A stretch of DNA of 64,000 nucleotides from positions 29,388,001 to 29,452,000 of the forward strand of contig NC_043013.1 of the NCBI RefSeq assembly GCF_006345805.1, read 5' to 3'. This document shows positions 26,062 through 40,276 of the stretch, one piece after another. Made by a program: the position numbers and the translations under genes. The stretch is from Octopus sinensis (lineage: Eukaryota). Every line of letters begins with the position of its first letter. Positions within the stretch are counted from its first letter, which is position 1. Below the pieces are notes generated by a model, which did not search any database, was not told where the DNA came from, and worked only from the letters and a program-made list of their open reading frames with translations.

Positions 26062-26997
26062 TACTTCTGTTATAATTCATTCGGTACAAGAACAAATAAA
26101 TCATATTTCATTCATCAGTGAATTTATTTGTAGGGTTAAAATTTCCAATGGAAGCATTTACATCTGACAAGTGAAGACTCGCAATTTAAGTGTCGCTGTG
26201 TGCCATTTACTGTCGATGCAGCCAGTAACATAGTCTCAAGTTGATGGTTTCCTCTTTTTTTTTCGGTTGTTTATAAAAGATAGAATTTAAAAATCAGCAC
26301 TTACTAACTAACGAAACATAAATGAACTATACAAGTGCAACTTTCATTTACACCAGTGATTTGTAACCTTCGTATAACTCGTATTTACAGATAGATGAAA
26401 CGAGTATCGCAAACCAATATTACGTTTCCTTGGACAGATGCGACTCTATTTAGGCCAACTGAGTGACAGTTAGTAAATAACAGAAAAAGTCAAATGTCTA
26501 ACCATGTGAAAGCAGTTCGTTAATAAGGTTAACATTTTTGCCTCGGGTATTAACCTCATCTTTAGATACGCTAAAAAAAAGCCCACTTTTTCTAATTTTA
26601 AATGTGCCAGACAGAAAAATTGTTATTTTTACTAATAAAAGTTGTTTACTATACTTCTTGAAGAAATACAAATTTAAGATGTCGCTCCATATATCTCATA
26701 ATGGGTTTGTAAATCTAAACGCACAGGAAATCTAGTATTTGCGGATACACATGCGTGCCAGTATACGCAAACTGTACCGCTGTATGAAGTGTAAAGTTCA
26801 ACGTCCTCTATTCGTATTTATATAGTTACATGTTTATGTAAGGATATACTCGAGTATTTAGTTTACACAATTAATTAGACGGATGTGTAGATAATAAGTA
26901 TCATATCTACTTTTGCATCTGCGTGTATATTTACACACGCACACACTTACACACATACATATACATACACATATATATCTGTGTGTACGTATGTGCG

Positions 26998-27047
<50 letters not shown>

Positions 27048-28372
27048 TGTGAGTGCAGGTGTATTTATTTTGATGTAGAAACGCTAGTAGAAGAGTACTC
27101 TTCGCATATAATTTCATGCGTATTAATTTATGCGAAGATAAAGCTTCACTCCGTTGCTACTCCGAGTTGTCCGTTCTGGAAAGTCTTAATTTCGCATAAA
27201 GGAACTCTGTAGCTTGACTTGAGCACACCCATTCAAACACAGAATACAGCTTCAAAGATTTTAATATGTTATATTGCTGTAGATATCAGTTGTTTGAAAA
27301 CAATGTCCTGCTTCTCATTATTCCATGGCATCAAGTCAACGCCATTGTTGATATACTTTCTTTACATTAAAGATTTCTAATGATTTTTTCAATCGACTCT
27401 TTTCCATGCGTGGCAATATAACGCACATTTCTAAAATCCATCAAAATGAAGGAAGCAAACATTTGCTACATTTCTAAAAAAAAATAATATCAGATTTGAA
27501 ATGATTCACTTTTGGAACACTCAAACTCGAAGCAAATAAAGCTATAAACTATATAACGTATAAATATTGAACTCTGGATAGAATAACTTGAGAGCTGCTT
27601 TCGACTTTTTCTATTCGAAAGGTCTTCTAACCCAATATTTATATGTTGTTATATATATCTTTATCATGCTTCGAGATCCATTGTTTCTAAAAGAATTATT
27701 TTACATCCTCTCACAGAGTTTTTAAATTGTTATGATGTCTACAATAATATTGTTGTTTTTCACACATGTTTTGAACATGATTTGGGTCCTTCAAAAATTA
27801 TCTAATAGAAAGATTAAATGTTTTATTAATTACCAGTATATTATCAAAAGTAGAACAGTAAAACAAAATTAATTAACATCGACAGCCAGAAGTAAAACAA
27901 ACAACTTTCCAGGCTGAAGATAAGCAATGGATTTTAGTAACCTTTTCAATGCGAAAAATCCCTTACATTTAAAAAGAAGTTTTCTCACGAGGCCCCAGAT
28001 TGTGAAAGGTCTGTATATTATTCTATGAGCGGGTTTTATTAACTAACAACAAATTCGGTTTCCCAATACCATCTTTCAGCCGAATCATATGCGCACACAC
28101 ATATATATGTGCGCGACGGGCTTCTTTCAGTTTCTGTTTACCAAATGCACTCATAAGGCTTTTGTCGGCCCGATGCCATAGTGGAAAACACTTGCCCAAG
28201 TGGGATTGAACTCGGAACCATGATTGTTGGGAAGCAAACTCCTTACCACACAACCACGCTTGCATTTATGTCACATTGACAAAATTTAGAAAAATAATTT
28301 TAAAAAAATATTTACGATCATTTTTTTCCCGACCCGAGAATACATACACACATACATACATACATACATACA

Positions 28373-28453
<81 letters not shown>

Positions 28454-28485
28454 ACACACACACACACAATATATATATATATATA

Positions 28486-28529
<44 letters not shown>

Positions 28530-28534
28530 TATAT

Positions 28535-28755
28535 TAAATTAGAGATAAAACCACTATTAGGCAATTCAAACAATGAAAAACTTAAGCCAATACATTAAAT
28601 TAATAAATTTATATTATTTTAAATATATATCAAAAGTATTAAAAGTTTAATAAAAGATAATGAGTAAAACACTACGATCGTTTCATGGCTGTCCAATTCG
28701 TAATAATTCGAGTTATGGTTACAGTCAATCTTCAGGTAATTGAAATATCTAAAAT
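28535..28755 (-). mobile_element. AT-rich pLTR-like repeat, copy 2 (hammerhead motif 28670-28738)
   Basis: UAC-CUGAAGA-UUGACUGU...ACAGCCAU-GAA-ACGAUCGU-A-GUG. Confidence 0.7.
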
Positions 28756-30217
28756 ATAATCAGAAATATTTAAACAATATTTTTAAGATATAAATAATAT
28801 AATAATTTTACTTATAATAAACTCTATTATCAAACTAGAAACATAGAACTTAACAATTATGATTATATCAAAATCGACTATAATGTTAAATATTAATTTT
28901 AATTTATATATAACATATATATATATACACATTATGGGCGTGTGTGTGTGTGCCTATATAGGTATGTATGCCTGTGTATAAGTTTGCTCGTATAAAGTCT
29001 ATAATGTACAAAATGTAAACATGCACACGTTCGGGACTTCCACTACTGTAAAGTAAACGGTTAACACATGTTTAGCGGCTTGAGAAAATGGCAGTAAATT
29101 GACTGGAAATGCCATGAGGAAATCTGACAATTTCATGTAAAATCTAATTATTTCATGTATAATCTGATAACCAATCTATAGAACGTGAAAACCGTACGTA
29201 TATTTTACACAAGATGAAAACAATCAAATTTACGAGCATACTAAGAGATTTTTCCTGCACAAAATGTGGAACACAAATAGTTCTTAGCAATCCCTAAATC
29301 TGTTTCGCAAAATATTCTCATGAAGATATGATGTAAATAAAGTCACCGAATTGCCCTCGCAGCAGCGTTCGTTCCTAGGTAGACCACATCGGAACGATCT
29401 AGCTTCTTCTGAAATACTTAACATATCACTACAAGGTATACAAGTATTTGCCTATGGAAGCGGTATAATGGGGAACTCCTGTTAAAGAAAGTGATTTCAC
29501 TATTTCTCTTTATGTCAGTATGAGATGTCAGTATCGACATTTCCATCTTTCTAAATCGTTAAACAGCTTGTTAACTGAGTAAAAAATACCAGTGATTAAC
29601 TAGGAGTAATTAAACCAAACAAATTACCGTTTTATAGTATACTTTACAGACAATAAAACACTATACTTTAAAAATTTCATCATTCCTATGTTGTCTCTGT
29701 GTATCAGTTAGCCGACGACAAGAGAGGTAGTGATATATATATCGGCAATCACGGTCGATCTTACTAACAGAGTGTTGTGTAACAGTTCGATTATGTAACC
29801 ATGCGCTCTTCAGAGGTGGCAGTTATGAAATGAAATATAGCAACTGCTCTCTATTGCCAGAGGTGACAAACATCTGTGTTAAATTAAGAGTTATGTCCTT
29901 TGGTATCAAAGACACCATCTCTGAGGTTGTGCAAGTCAGCAAGGGTCTTTTGGAGAAGAGTTATAGGAAATGTGCGTATCTTTAAGGTGGGTGCTAATGA
30001 GTGCAGTGGTATAGCGTTTGCAGGATGGGGGACATACACATCTGTGTTCGCCAGTGTGTTTTTTTTCTTTCATGTTTTGGTTAAATTCTTCTCGCGTTTA
30101 TGTATGCATGCCATGAGTGTAGGAGTATAATATATGTGGGGGCTTATATTGGAGGTCGTGGAAAATGGTCTCAATCTCTCTCTCCGCCTCTCTCACTCTG
30201 GATATATATATATATAA

Positions 30218-30415
30218 CGTGTGTACCGTTGGCGATTTTTTTCCTCCGTCTTCCCTTCTTTGGATCTTTCCTTTTCCTGTGTTTCTGACGAAGAGCTCCG
30301 CTCGACGTTAAACCCTCCTCCTTTCCTTCTTTCCTGAGCGTCCAATAATGCTATACTTGTTCCACGTCCTCGCGTTGTTTGTGTTTTCTCTTTGTGTTTT
30401 CATGCTTGAATTAAC
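30218..30415 (+). mobile_element. pLTR-like repeat family with hammerhead remnant (30281-30313)
   Basis: GUUU-CUGACGA-A-GAGC UCC GCUC-G[AA deleted]-ACGU-U-AAAC. Homologous to 36362-36553 (-) and 63940-64000 (+). Confidence 0.65.
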
Positions 30416-30429
30416 TATCTATCTCTCTC

Positions 30430-30567
<138 letters not shown>

Positions 30568-31129
30568 TACATATATGAATCAGGAACCAAGTGGTTGGGA
30601 ATCAAGTTTCTTACCACACAGCAACGCCTGTGCGATCACACACATACATGATATAAAATTCAATTTCAACGAAAGGTAAACCGATCTTTGATATTGTTTT
30701 CGCAGACACACTAGAAACTTTTTAAATATTCGATACTTTATTCTTAAACTTGTATGCAGACAGATAATTCGTCGCCATTCATGATGAGCATTGACGTTGT
30801 TCAATCGAAGGAATTGCATATTCATTACAGGATAATGTTAGTGGCTGTATATTCCGTAGACAAGTGTATCCCATTGTCTTACTTTTTCCTCGGACAGAAT
30901 CAATGTGATACTGTATGCGTATGCGTAACAGAGCCCGGATCTTTGAATAACGTTTACAGTACAATCGCAGCTGTGTTATTTGAGTCTTATTTAAACTGCC
31001 TCATTCGTGAATACGAATGCAATATTTGCGAGCGCGCGTGCGTGTGTGTGTGTTTGTGTTTGTGCATATGCTTGGATGCGTGCGTGTATGTATGTTTCTA
31101 TGTATATATGAATGTGAATATGTATGTAT

Positions 31130-31420
31130 TGTGGAGGCGCAATTGTCCAGTGGCTAGGGCAGCGGACTCGCGGTCGTAGGATCGCGTTTTCGATTCCCAG
31201 ACCGGGCTTTCACCACAACTTTCTCTCTCTTCCTGTTTCTGTTGTACCTGTATTTCAAAGGGCCAGCGGTGTCCCACTCTGTGTCACGCTGTATCTCCTT
31301 GAGAACTACGTTAAGGATGTCTGTGGAGTGCTCAGCCACTTCCACGTTAATTCCGCCAGCAGGCTGTTCCGTTGATTGGATCAACTGGAACACTCGTCGT
31401 CGTAACCGTCGGAGTGCCAC
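31130..31420 (+). mobile_element. SINE with family 3 head and a different 3' tail
   Basis: Head matches 11555-11635. The tail ...GGATCAACTGGAACACTCGTCGTCGTAACCGTCGGAGTGCCA is unrelated to the 11.3-kb tail. Confidence 0.75.
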
Positions 31421-31729
31421 GATGTATGTATAGATGACTGAGAATAACAAGCTAGCTCCGGTTCAATCGTGTGGTATCCAGTTTGATCAGTCCCACTAAT
31501 TGATATCTTAAAGAGTGTCTTCTACTATTACTCTGGACAAATTAATTCGGTACACGAAGACTGTGAAAGCCTGTCGTGGGTGTGCATATATATATATATA
31601 TATATATATGTTTGTGTGTGTGTTTGATTGCGTGTGCGTGTGTTTGCATGTGTGTGTGACAGTGTGTGTGTCATTGTGTGTGTATGTGTATGTATGCATG
31701 CGTTTGTGTATCTATCTATCCATTCATAT

Positions 31730-34700
31730 ATCTGTCTGCCGAGAATGGGCGGTAGTGGCACCGCGGTACTTTTTCACAAGAGTCTGGATCTCAATGTAAG
31801 GACAATATTCGTAGACCCGGAGGGTAGACTCTGGTCGTCCTGGATGTCGACGGCAGCAATGGGTGCGCTTTTCGGCTCGTATCAGTTTACGCACCGCCCT
31901 TAACAGTCGGGCGGATTTCTTTCAACGTCTAGAAGTTTTCTTGGGAACGTCTCGTCCTTTACTCTTAGTGGGGGATTGGAATGCTACCTTGGACACGCAT
32001 GTAGACTACGTGGGTAGAGATAGGAATAGACGGGGATGCAAATGCCTCAGAGACCTGCTCAGACGCTTTCAACTGTCTGACAGGTTCGACTAGACCACCC
32101 GAATGCGCCAACGTGGACATGGAGCAACCGCATCGGGTCGTCGAGATCGTATCTAGATAGGATACTGTGTAGGACAGTAGATAGAGATAGCATAGGATCC
32201 CACAATTCCACATAGTCAGCTACACGGATCACAACTTGTGACATGTACGCTAGACTTAGGTAAGACACTTAGGCAGGGTCCCGGATACTGGAAACTAAAC
32301 GCGTCTTTCCCATCGAGACAAGTTTTCAGAGACCGGATTAGCACATAGTAAAGGGGCTTTGACGGGAGCCATCATCAACAACAAATGGTGGTTTGCCCTC
32401 AAGAGAGCAGTAAAAGCAGAAGCGATTAGGTACAGCAAAGCACTAGCCATAGATAGAAATAGAGTAGAGGGTGAGCTAGTTAAGAAGCTAGAAGAGGCAA
32501 TTAGAAGCGGCATCGCATCCGACGTTTTGGCGGCGAGGTTGGCCCTCGACCAACACTTCAACGCCAAACACAAAGGATGTGCTGTCAGAGCTAGGATGCG
32601 TGCTCTAAGGAACGAAGGTGTTGGAGCCGCGAGAGAGGCCCGGGTGGCAGAGGCGCAACAGGGCAACAAAGCCACCATTCGGTCACTGGTAGATGAACAG
32701 GGGCGCGAATTGCTCGAGCCAAGTAAAATGTGTGAGGCCTTTCAGCAGCATTTTGCCCGACTGTTCGGAACGAGTGGAGGGCAAGAACGTAGGGTGGACT
32801 TCAGTGCCTACCTACATAGCCTACCACGACTCTCGACAAGAAAGGCAGGGTGCTGCGAAGGTGCCATCACGGCGGCGGAAGTGCGGGAAGCGATGGCAGA
32901 ATGCTCGAGGGACAAATCACCGGGTTTGGATGGTCTACCCTACGAGCTTTACAATTGTATGCCAGACTTGTTTGGAGATCTCTTGGCGGCGGTGTACTGC
33001 AACTGGCAGCAAAACGGGAGCATTCCTGGTTTTGTGAGCCGAGGAGCCGTAACACTGCTGAAGAAAGATCTAAACAAGGAAATGTAATAGATAACTTTAG
33101 GCCCATCACTCTGCTTATGCAGACTTGAAAATTTTGGCCAAGGTGCTAGCCAAGAGGTTGGCGCTTGTCATCGAGAAACTGGTCGACAAGGCGCAAACAT
33201 GCGCCGTGCCAGGCCGGACCATCCATGACAACCTCCATCTGATGCGCTACATCATAGACAGGGTAGTTAACGAACCTGGCATGGGTGGGGCCCTGATCAA
33301 CTTGGATCAATCAAAAGCCTTTGATAGGGTAGACCATCGATACTTGGAGGCAGTCCTGAGAGCGGCTGGTTTCGGTCCCGTCTTCCGCGCTGGATAGCTG
33401 CCTTGTACAGAGGCATCCGTTCGGTAATTCGCGTAAATGGACATCTATCGAGACCTTTCGACATTGCACACGTTCGGTCCGTCAGGGATGCCCCCTCTCG
33501 GCGCTTCTATACGTATTGACTCTTGAGCCACTACTGCGGAAGCTGGCGACTCTAGGGGCATCCCGCGAGAATTGGGATGCGGGACGAGCGTGTCTGCATA
33601 CGCGGACGACGTCACCGTCATAGTGTCTAGCCACGAGCACATCGAGCTGGTCGGCGAGACACTGAAAAACTACGAAGCGGTGACAGGAGCGAAAATCAAC
33701 CGGGAAAAGTCAGTGGGCTTGCGACTAGGCACCTGGAGAAGCAAGCCCATGCCGTCCACCAGCGCCTCCGTCGTGGGACGCTGGACCGACGGCCCGGTTG
33801 AGTTGCTCGGGGTCTGGTTTGGTCCGGACCTCCAAGTGGAGAAGAACTGGAACGAGATAACGAGTAGGGTGGTCACTCTCGCCCGGCAATGGGCCGAGAG
33901 GAAACTGTCCCTAAAAGGTCGAGCGGAGGTGGCGAACACGTACATCGCGTCCGTCATCTACTACCGCCTGACCGTCGTACCTTGTCCCGACCCTACCATC
34001 ACCAAACTACAACGCATCCTCTTTCGCTTCTTGTGGAAAGGATGCGTCCCGATGGTCAGGCGATCCATTTGCTGTCAACACCCGTTAAAAGGAGGGCTGG
34101 GCATGCCGTGGTTGATGATGCGCAGACACGCGCTGAGACTGCGACATCTCTGGCTCTATGTAGACGACGGTGAACAGGTGTGGTCGCCGTTTGTGAGGCA
34201 CGCTTTCCGCAGCTCGTCTCCATGACCGAACTGCAGTCGTGGATCAAAAAGAGGCCGAGGAAGGGCGAATGGCACCGCGAGTGTCGCGTTGCTCTCAAGC
34301 AACTCTGCGTCCTGGGTCCTGGGTCGACTAAGTGACTTCAACACAACCAAAGCATTCTATAGGGGTTTAGTGGAGGGGAGGTACGACGACGAGCTCGGGC
34401 GAACCTGGACGTCGACGAGGAGTACCTGACCCGCCTGTTCGGGACGACTTTCGGGCCAGGGCCCATGGACAACTTCCAGAGATCCCTGGCCTGGCAGTGC
34501 TACCGAGAAGCGCTACCCGTTCGGATAAGCTCTACAGACACGGCTCGAGAAACACGGGGCCGACCTGCCCGAGATGCGGTCAGAGCGACGAAACCGTTCT
34601 GCACGCACTCGTTCAGTGTCCAACAATTTCCGACCTGTGGGCTTATGTCGAACAACTGCTGTCACGTGTGGGACGAGTCGGTTTATCAGCTGAGTCTATC

Positions 34701-35378
34701 GTCAATATTGTCACGCCTCCTTCCTTCAAACGGGAAGGAAGAGCTATTTTCATCATCCTTGTGGCTATGGCGAAAGAATGTATCTGGTGGACGCGTCTGA
34801 AAGATTGGAGACAAACACTTTCCTCTCTGGTCAATCTCTCATCAACTTCTTCAAGTACCACTTGAAAAGGAAAGTGAGAGTAGAGAGGCAAGTTTTGTCT
34901 AGCGAATGTTTTAAAAAAAGATGGGTGAATGTAGCAAGAATGGCACGTATGAATGACGAAGCCACCTTGAGCATAGTCCTATGAACCCAGAAATCGAAAA
35001 CAGAGAGTTGCTTATTTGCAAAAAAAAAAAAAAAAAAAAAGAAATATAAAATGTGACTTCATTGACCGAGGTTACCGTGGTCTTTTCCGCAGGCTTTTCT
35101 TTCCACGGGTAAACCTCACCTGTCCTCCCCTTTACACTTCATATTGACATTTCTGTGATAACGATCCCTATTGATCATTTTTTTCCTCTCCCCCCCTTTT
35201 TTTTTTTTTTTTTTTAACCCCCCTTATTTTTGTCCTCTTTCTCTCCTTTTACGATCCCTTTTGATCGAACCTCCCCCTTCCTTTTTTTTTTTTTTTTTTT
35301 TTTTAAACCTTCAAAAGAAAAGCTCTACCTTGTAATTTGTTCTATCTGTGTGCAGCCCTGTGTGGCTAATAAAGAAAC
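31730..35378 (+). mobile_element. Tx1/L1-clade non-LTR retrotransposon, 5'-truncated within the endonuclease, with complete 3' UTR followed by (TATC)n
   Basis: Ordered ORF2 motifs across frameshifts: APE endonuclease (GTAVLF, VYAP, LVGDWN), GLDGLPYELY, NFRPITLL, LAKVLAKRL, LDQSKAFDRVDH, YADD, and the C-terminal knuckle CPRCGQSDETVLHALVQC. The T-rich 3' UTR ends AATAAAGAAAC at 35378. Confidence 0.92.
31738..34984 (+). pseudogene. Disrupted ORF2 (APE endonuclease - reverse transcriptase - zinc knuckle) of the Tx1-like LINE
   Basis: Track ORFs at 31628, 31863, 32359, 33125, 33572, 34497 and 34778 join into one polyprotein interrupted by several frameshifts and stops. The stop is at 34984. Confidence 0.9.
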
Positions 35379-35379
35379 A

Positions 35380-35415
<36 letters not shown>

Positions 35416-35485
35416 ATCTATCTATCTATCTATCTATCATCTATCTCTCTATCTATCTATCTCTCTATATTATGAATAAAATATA

Positions 35486-35531
<46 letters not shown>

Positions 35532-35580
35532 ATAATATATTATGTAGATATATATATGTATATGTCTATGTACGTATATA

Positions 35581-35628
<48 letters not shown>

Positions 35629-36361
35629 ATTAGGCAGGATTTTTAAGTAAGTGCACGTAACCTTGTGGTTAGGCAAGAAAGACATAGGTTGGCACAATAA
35701 GTAGCAGACGTAAACAAAAGGATTTGTTCGACTAAATCCTTGAAGGCGGTGCCCCAGCATGGGCGTCGTCCGGTAATTGAAACAAGTAGAACAAATAAAG
35801 TATGTATGTGTGTGTGTCCATTTATGTGTGTGTGCATTTGTATGTGTGTTTGTATGAGATGCATCAGACGGCTTATGGTCGAATATTTGAGAAGTTCGCC
35901 TGACAATAATGTGGTTCCAGGTTCGATTTCTTGGTATGGCACTTTCCTAAACAGCATTATATGTAGCATTGGGTGAATTGTACCTTTAAAACTCTATGCC
36001 ACACTGATTACCAGTTCTGTCTGAAAGGGTTTAGGGTACAGTTTCCTTTGGAAAATAAGCTGAGAAAACATTAATTCAAGAGAAGATAATTCATCTGAAC
36101 TGAATAATCCTCATCGTTGAACAACGGAGAACCACCAGCAGTATTACCACCACTAAATATGCGCATACATATCTATATCTCTAAATCTAGAGCTATGTAT
36201 GTATGTATGTATGTATGTATGTATGTATGTATTTATGCATGTATGTATGTATGTATGTATGTATGTATGTATGTATGTATGTATGTATGTATGTATTTAT
36301 GTATGTATGTATGTATGTATATATGTATGTATGTATGTATTTATGTATGTATTTATGCATG

Positions 36362-36553
36362 TAGTCAATTCGAACATGAACAAGCAAGACAGAAAACAAC
36401 AACGCGGAGACGTGGAATAAGTACAGTGTTAATGGACGCTCAGGAAAGGAAAGAAAAGGAAGAGGATTTCACATTTCGAGCGGAGCTCTTCGTCAGAAAT
36501 ATGGAAAAAGTCCAAAGAAGGGAAGACGGAGAAAGAAAATCGCCAACGATGTA
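36362..36553 (-). mobile_element. Same pLTR-like family, hammerhead remnant at 36467-36499
   Basis: AUUU-CUGACGA-A-GAGC UCC GCUC-GAA-AUGU-G-AAAU. Confidence 0.65.
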
Positions 36554-36625
36554 TGCATGTATGTACGTATGTATGTATGTATGTATGTATCTATCTGTCT
36601 GTCTGTCTATCTGTCTGTCTGTCTA

Positions 36626-36657
<32 letters not shown>

Positions 36658-37774
36658 TATATTTCTATCTCTCTCCACATACACAAACACACACACATAC
36701 ACACACTTACACACACACACTCACACACACACACATACACGCAGACTTTGGAATAAATTCCCTGCAATATAAAAGGAAACACATTTTCTTATGCTCTCTC
36801 TCTCTCTCTCTCTCTCTATCTCTTCCTCTGTATATACATAGACAGACACACAAATAGATATACATATAATTATACAGATACACACACACACACATACACG
36901 CACACACGCTCACACATATATAGTGAGATACGTAAACAGATATGTTTGTATGTAACATATAAACAGACAAATATTTTTGCACTTTAAAAGTGCTCGATAC
37001 GCACGAATCACAGTCACTATACCACATCCCCAACCGACTACTCTGTTCAGCAATTCTAAACAAGAAATAAGCTTTGAAATTATCATAACCAGGTTCAAAA
37101 ATAGCTTGTCAAAACATTGAAAATAAGATGTATAAAAATAAACGCATAAATTAATCTTCCGTTCTATTAATCGGAGCTTGACCCTGATTATCGTACGATA
37201 TATGTCACACGATGCACGTCAGAATCAATGAACATCAATAACTGTTTGCTGTTTTCTATTATTTATTGCTCATGCTACCACTCACACTGAATATTATTAT
37301 TTATATGGCAAATATAAAGGGTGAAACGATATTGGAATATTGAAAGCTATGGTAATTATTTCAATATGATATTTGCACCTAACAAATATGTATGTAAGCG
37401 TGTATGTACGTGTGTATATATATATTCGTATCGTACTGAATGTATAAATTATGTGGTGGGTAGGTAGGTATGTGTATGTATATATGTATGCATACAAAGA
37501 CATTCATCCATACATGAATGAATATATATATATATAACAATGTTTGTTTTCACATCGAGTTATCATAAAATCAATTTTACTTTATTGGAAAGATTACTCA
37601 ATATTACATTTTGAAGCGTGTGCATGCCGAAACTTTGAAGTCACTATCAACAATATTCTTGCTAGAGAATGTTATGTATGTATATATGTATATGTATATA
37701 TATAAATGTGTGTATGTGTGAGTGTGTGTGCGTGTGTGTGTGTATTTATGTATGTATATATATATATATGTATG

Positions 37775-37806
<32 letters not shown>

Positions 37807-37951
37807 TGTATGTATATATACATACATATATATATATATAGAGAGAGAGAGATAAATAGATAGATAGATAGATAGAGAGATAGAAAGATAGATAGAAAAA
37901 TATATAGAAAGATTGATAAATAGATAGATAGTTAAATAGACAGACAGACAG

Positions 37952-38053
<102 letters not shown>

Positions 38054-38381
38054 TGATAGATAGGCAGATAGAAAGATATATAGATGGATTGATAAATAAA
38101 TAAATAGCTAGTTAGATAGACAGACAGACAGATATATATATATACATATATATATATAAAATAATCAAAATAAGCAACAAGTATATCCAACAAGTATATG
38201 CGGTGCCCCAGCATGGCCACAGCTCGTGAGCTGAAACTAGATAAAATAAAATTAAAATTAAAAATAAAAAGGTAGAGTAGTACAATTGTTTCATGCTACT
38301 TCATTTTATCAAACACTGTATTACATGGATAATACCATACAAAATTCTGGTGCCTTTGGCTTAAGTACCATATTTATCTGA

Positions 38382-38461
<80 letters not shown>

Positions 38462-38962
38462 GTCTGTCTGTCTGTCTGTCTGTCTGCTTGCCTGCCTATC
38501 TGTCTGTCTTTCTGTCTTAGTTGCGTAATAATGCATAAGTAGATGATCTTTGTCCCGAGCCATTTGTAAACGGAGTTCATCGTTTGTACTATTACAGTTT
38601 TGTTTTAACCACTCGGCTTTTGGTTTCGTTTGGACTGAGGAATGATATGCTGCTTAAGTGGATAGATTCAGTCAACTGCTCACCTGTCACAGGTGAATGT
38701 GTGATGAAGTACATTTGCTGCGAGGGACGATTAGTATTGATCAAGCCGAGCTGCGATAATCTCACTGACTTGAAGTTCACTAGGTTGTTTTACAATTTTA
38801 GACACAATTAAACACCAACTATGCCGCAACAATTTTTTAGTTTTACAACCACCTGATGATCCCCCCTCGAAAAGTTGCCTTTCAAAGATATTTTCTTAAA
38901 AACTCTGAAGTATTTCACCCCCGGATTTGGACAGCTTTACACAGATGAGATTCAACTGATAA

Positions 38963-39146
38963 GGTTATCCCTACATATTTGCTATAAAAATTATAGCCAG
39001 ATGTAAACAATGAAATCGATGGCGAAATATGGGTAATGGGCATATATGACATTTTCATCTTCGATTTCATTGTTGTTTACATCTTGCATCACCGATACAA
39101 AATCAATACTGGCTGTAATTTCTATAGGAAATCTGTAGGGATAAAC
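38963..39146. repeat. Nested inverted repeat (fold-back)
   Basis: Outer ~37-bp arms plus inner ~20-bp arms (39000-39019 / 39061-39083). Confidence 0.6.
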
Positions 39147-39239
39147 TTAACAAGTGATATAGTAGCACTGCTAACACAGGAGAACACAATATTGACTTAA
39201 AATTGCATTTAGTATACTTTGTAGTTTATTATGGCTGTA

Positions 39240-39805
39240 TTGGGTTATCCGGAAAGTTCGTGCCGATTTTTAAGGGAAAGAAAACGGTCAATAAATACTT
39301 GCCATTACATTTTTAATCAACCAAATATGAACTATTTTGTTACACAATGCGTCTCCATCTTTCCTTTAACTTGAAAATACCCTCTTCCCAGAACTGAGGT
39401 GGTTTCATGACAAAGAATTCATCGAGGTATCTTTTTACGTCATCCAAGGAATTGAAATTTTTACCATTAAGACTATTCTGTAGACACCTGAATAAGTGGA
39501 AATCCGAAGGAGCAATATCTGGTGAATATGGAGGGTGGGGTAACACATCCCAGCCGAGCTGCAGCAATTTTTGTCTGGTTCCCAAAGCATCAAGTGCCGA
39601 AAATGAACTTTCTCATCTTACATTTTAAAGGGTTACAGAATTAACACAGGTTATAGGAACATAAACCTTCATCCACGAAAAGATAGCTTAAACTGTGCTC
39701 TAAATGGAGGTGTAGTCAAATCCAATTTTAAGGACTCAACCGTTTTCTAAAATAAGTCAAAATGTAAGCTACTATAAATCGGCACGAACTTTCCGAACAA
39801 CCCAA
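39240..39805 (-). mobile_element. Internally deleted mariner (DD34D-type) element
   Basis: TIRs TTGGGTTATCCGGAAAGTTCGTGCCGATTT at both ends with TA flanks. Transposase C-terminus LPHPPYSPDIAPSDFHLF. Confidence 0.92.
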
Positions 39806-40049
39806 TAAAACGAAATATCGTGTTCTTGTGGGTCATTAAGATTCAGTTGAATACTGTTCTTAGGATTTGGTGATAGTTGCACAAACAAACATTCCAGACT
39901 GTATCAAAAGAAATCCACCTGGTTGCTTGGGAAGGATAATTCATCCGTATACTCTAATTTCTACTTGAGTTATTTTAGTTTGCTGTACACAACCTTCTGC
40001 CAAATCAAATACCGACACGCCCGTCTCTCTTCATCTCGTCCCCCATTCT

Positions 40050-40276
40050 TATTTCTTGATTGCCCGCAAGGGACTAAACGTAGAGGGGACAAACAAGGAC
40101 AGACAAAGGGATTAAGTCGATGACATCTACCCCATTGTGCTACTGGTACTTTATTTATCGATCCCGAAAGGATGAAAGGCAAAGTCGACCTCGGCGGAAT
40201 TTGAACTCAGAACTAACGGCAGACGAAATACGGCTACGCATTTCGCCCGGCGTGCTAACGTTTCTGCCAACTGGCC
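40050..40276 (-). mobile_element. SINE family 2 with tail B (Tx1-like)
   Basis: Ends TTGTCCCCTCTACGTTTAGTCCCTTGCGGGCAATCAAGAAAT. Confidence 0.85.
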
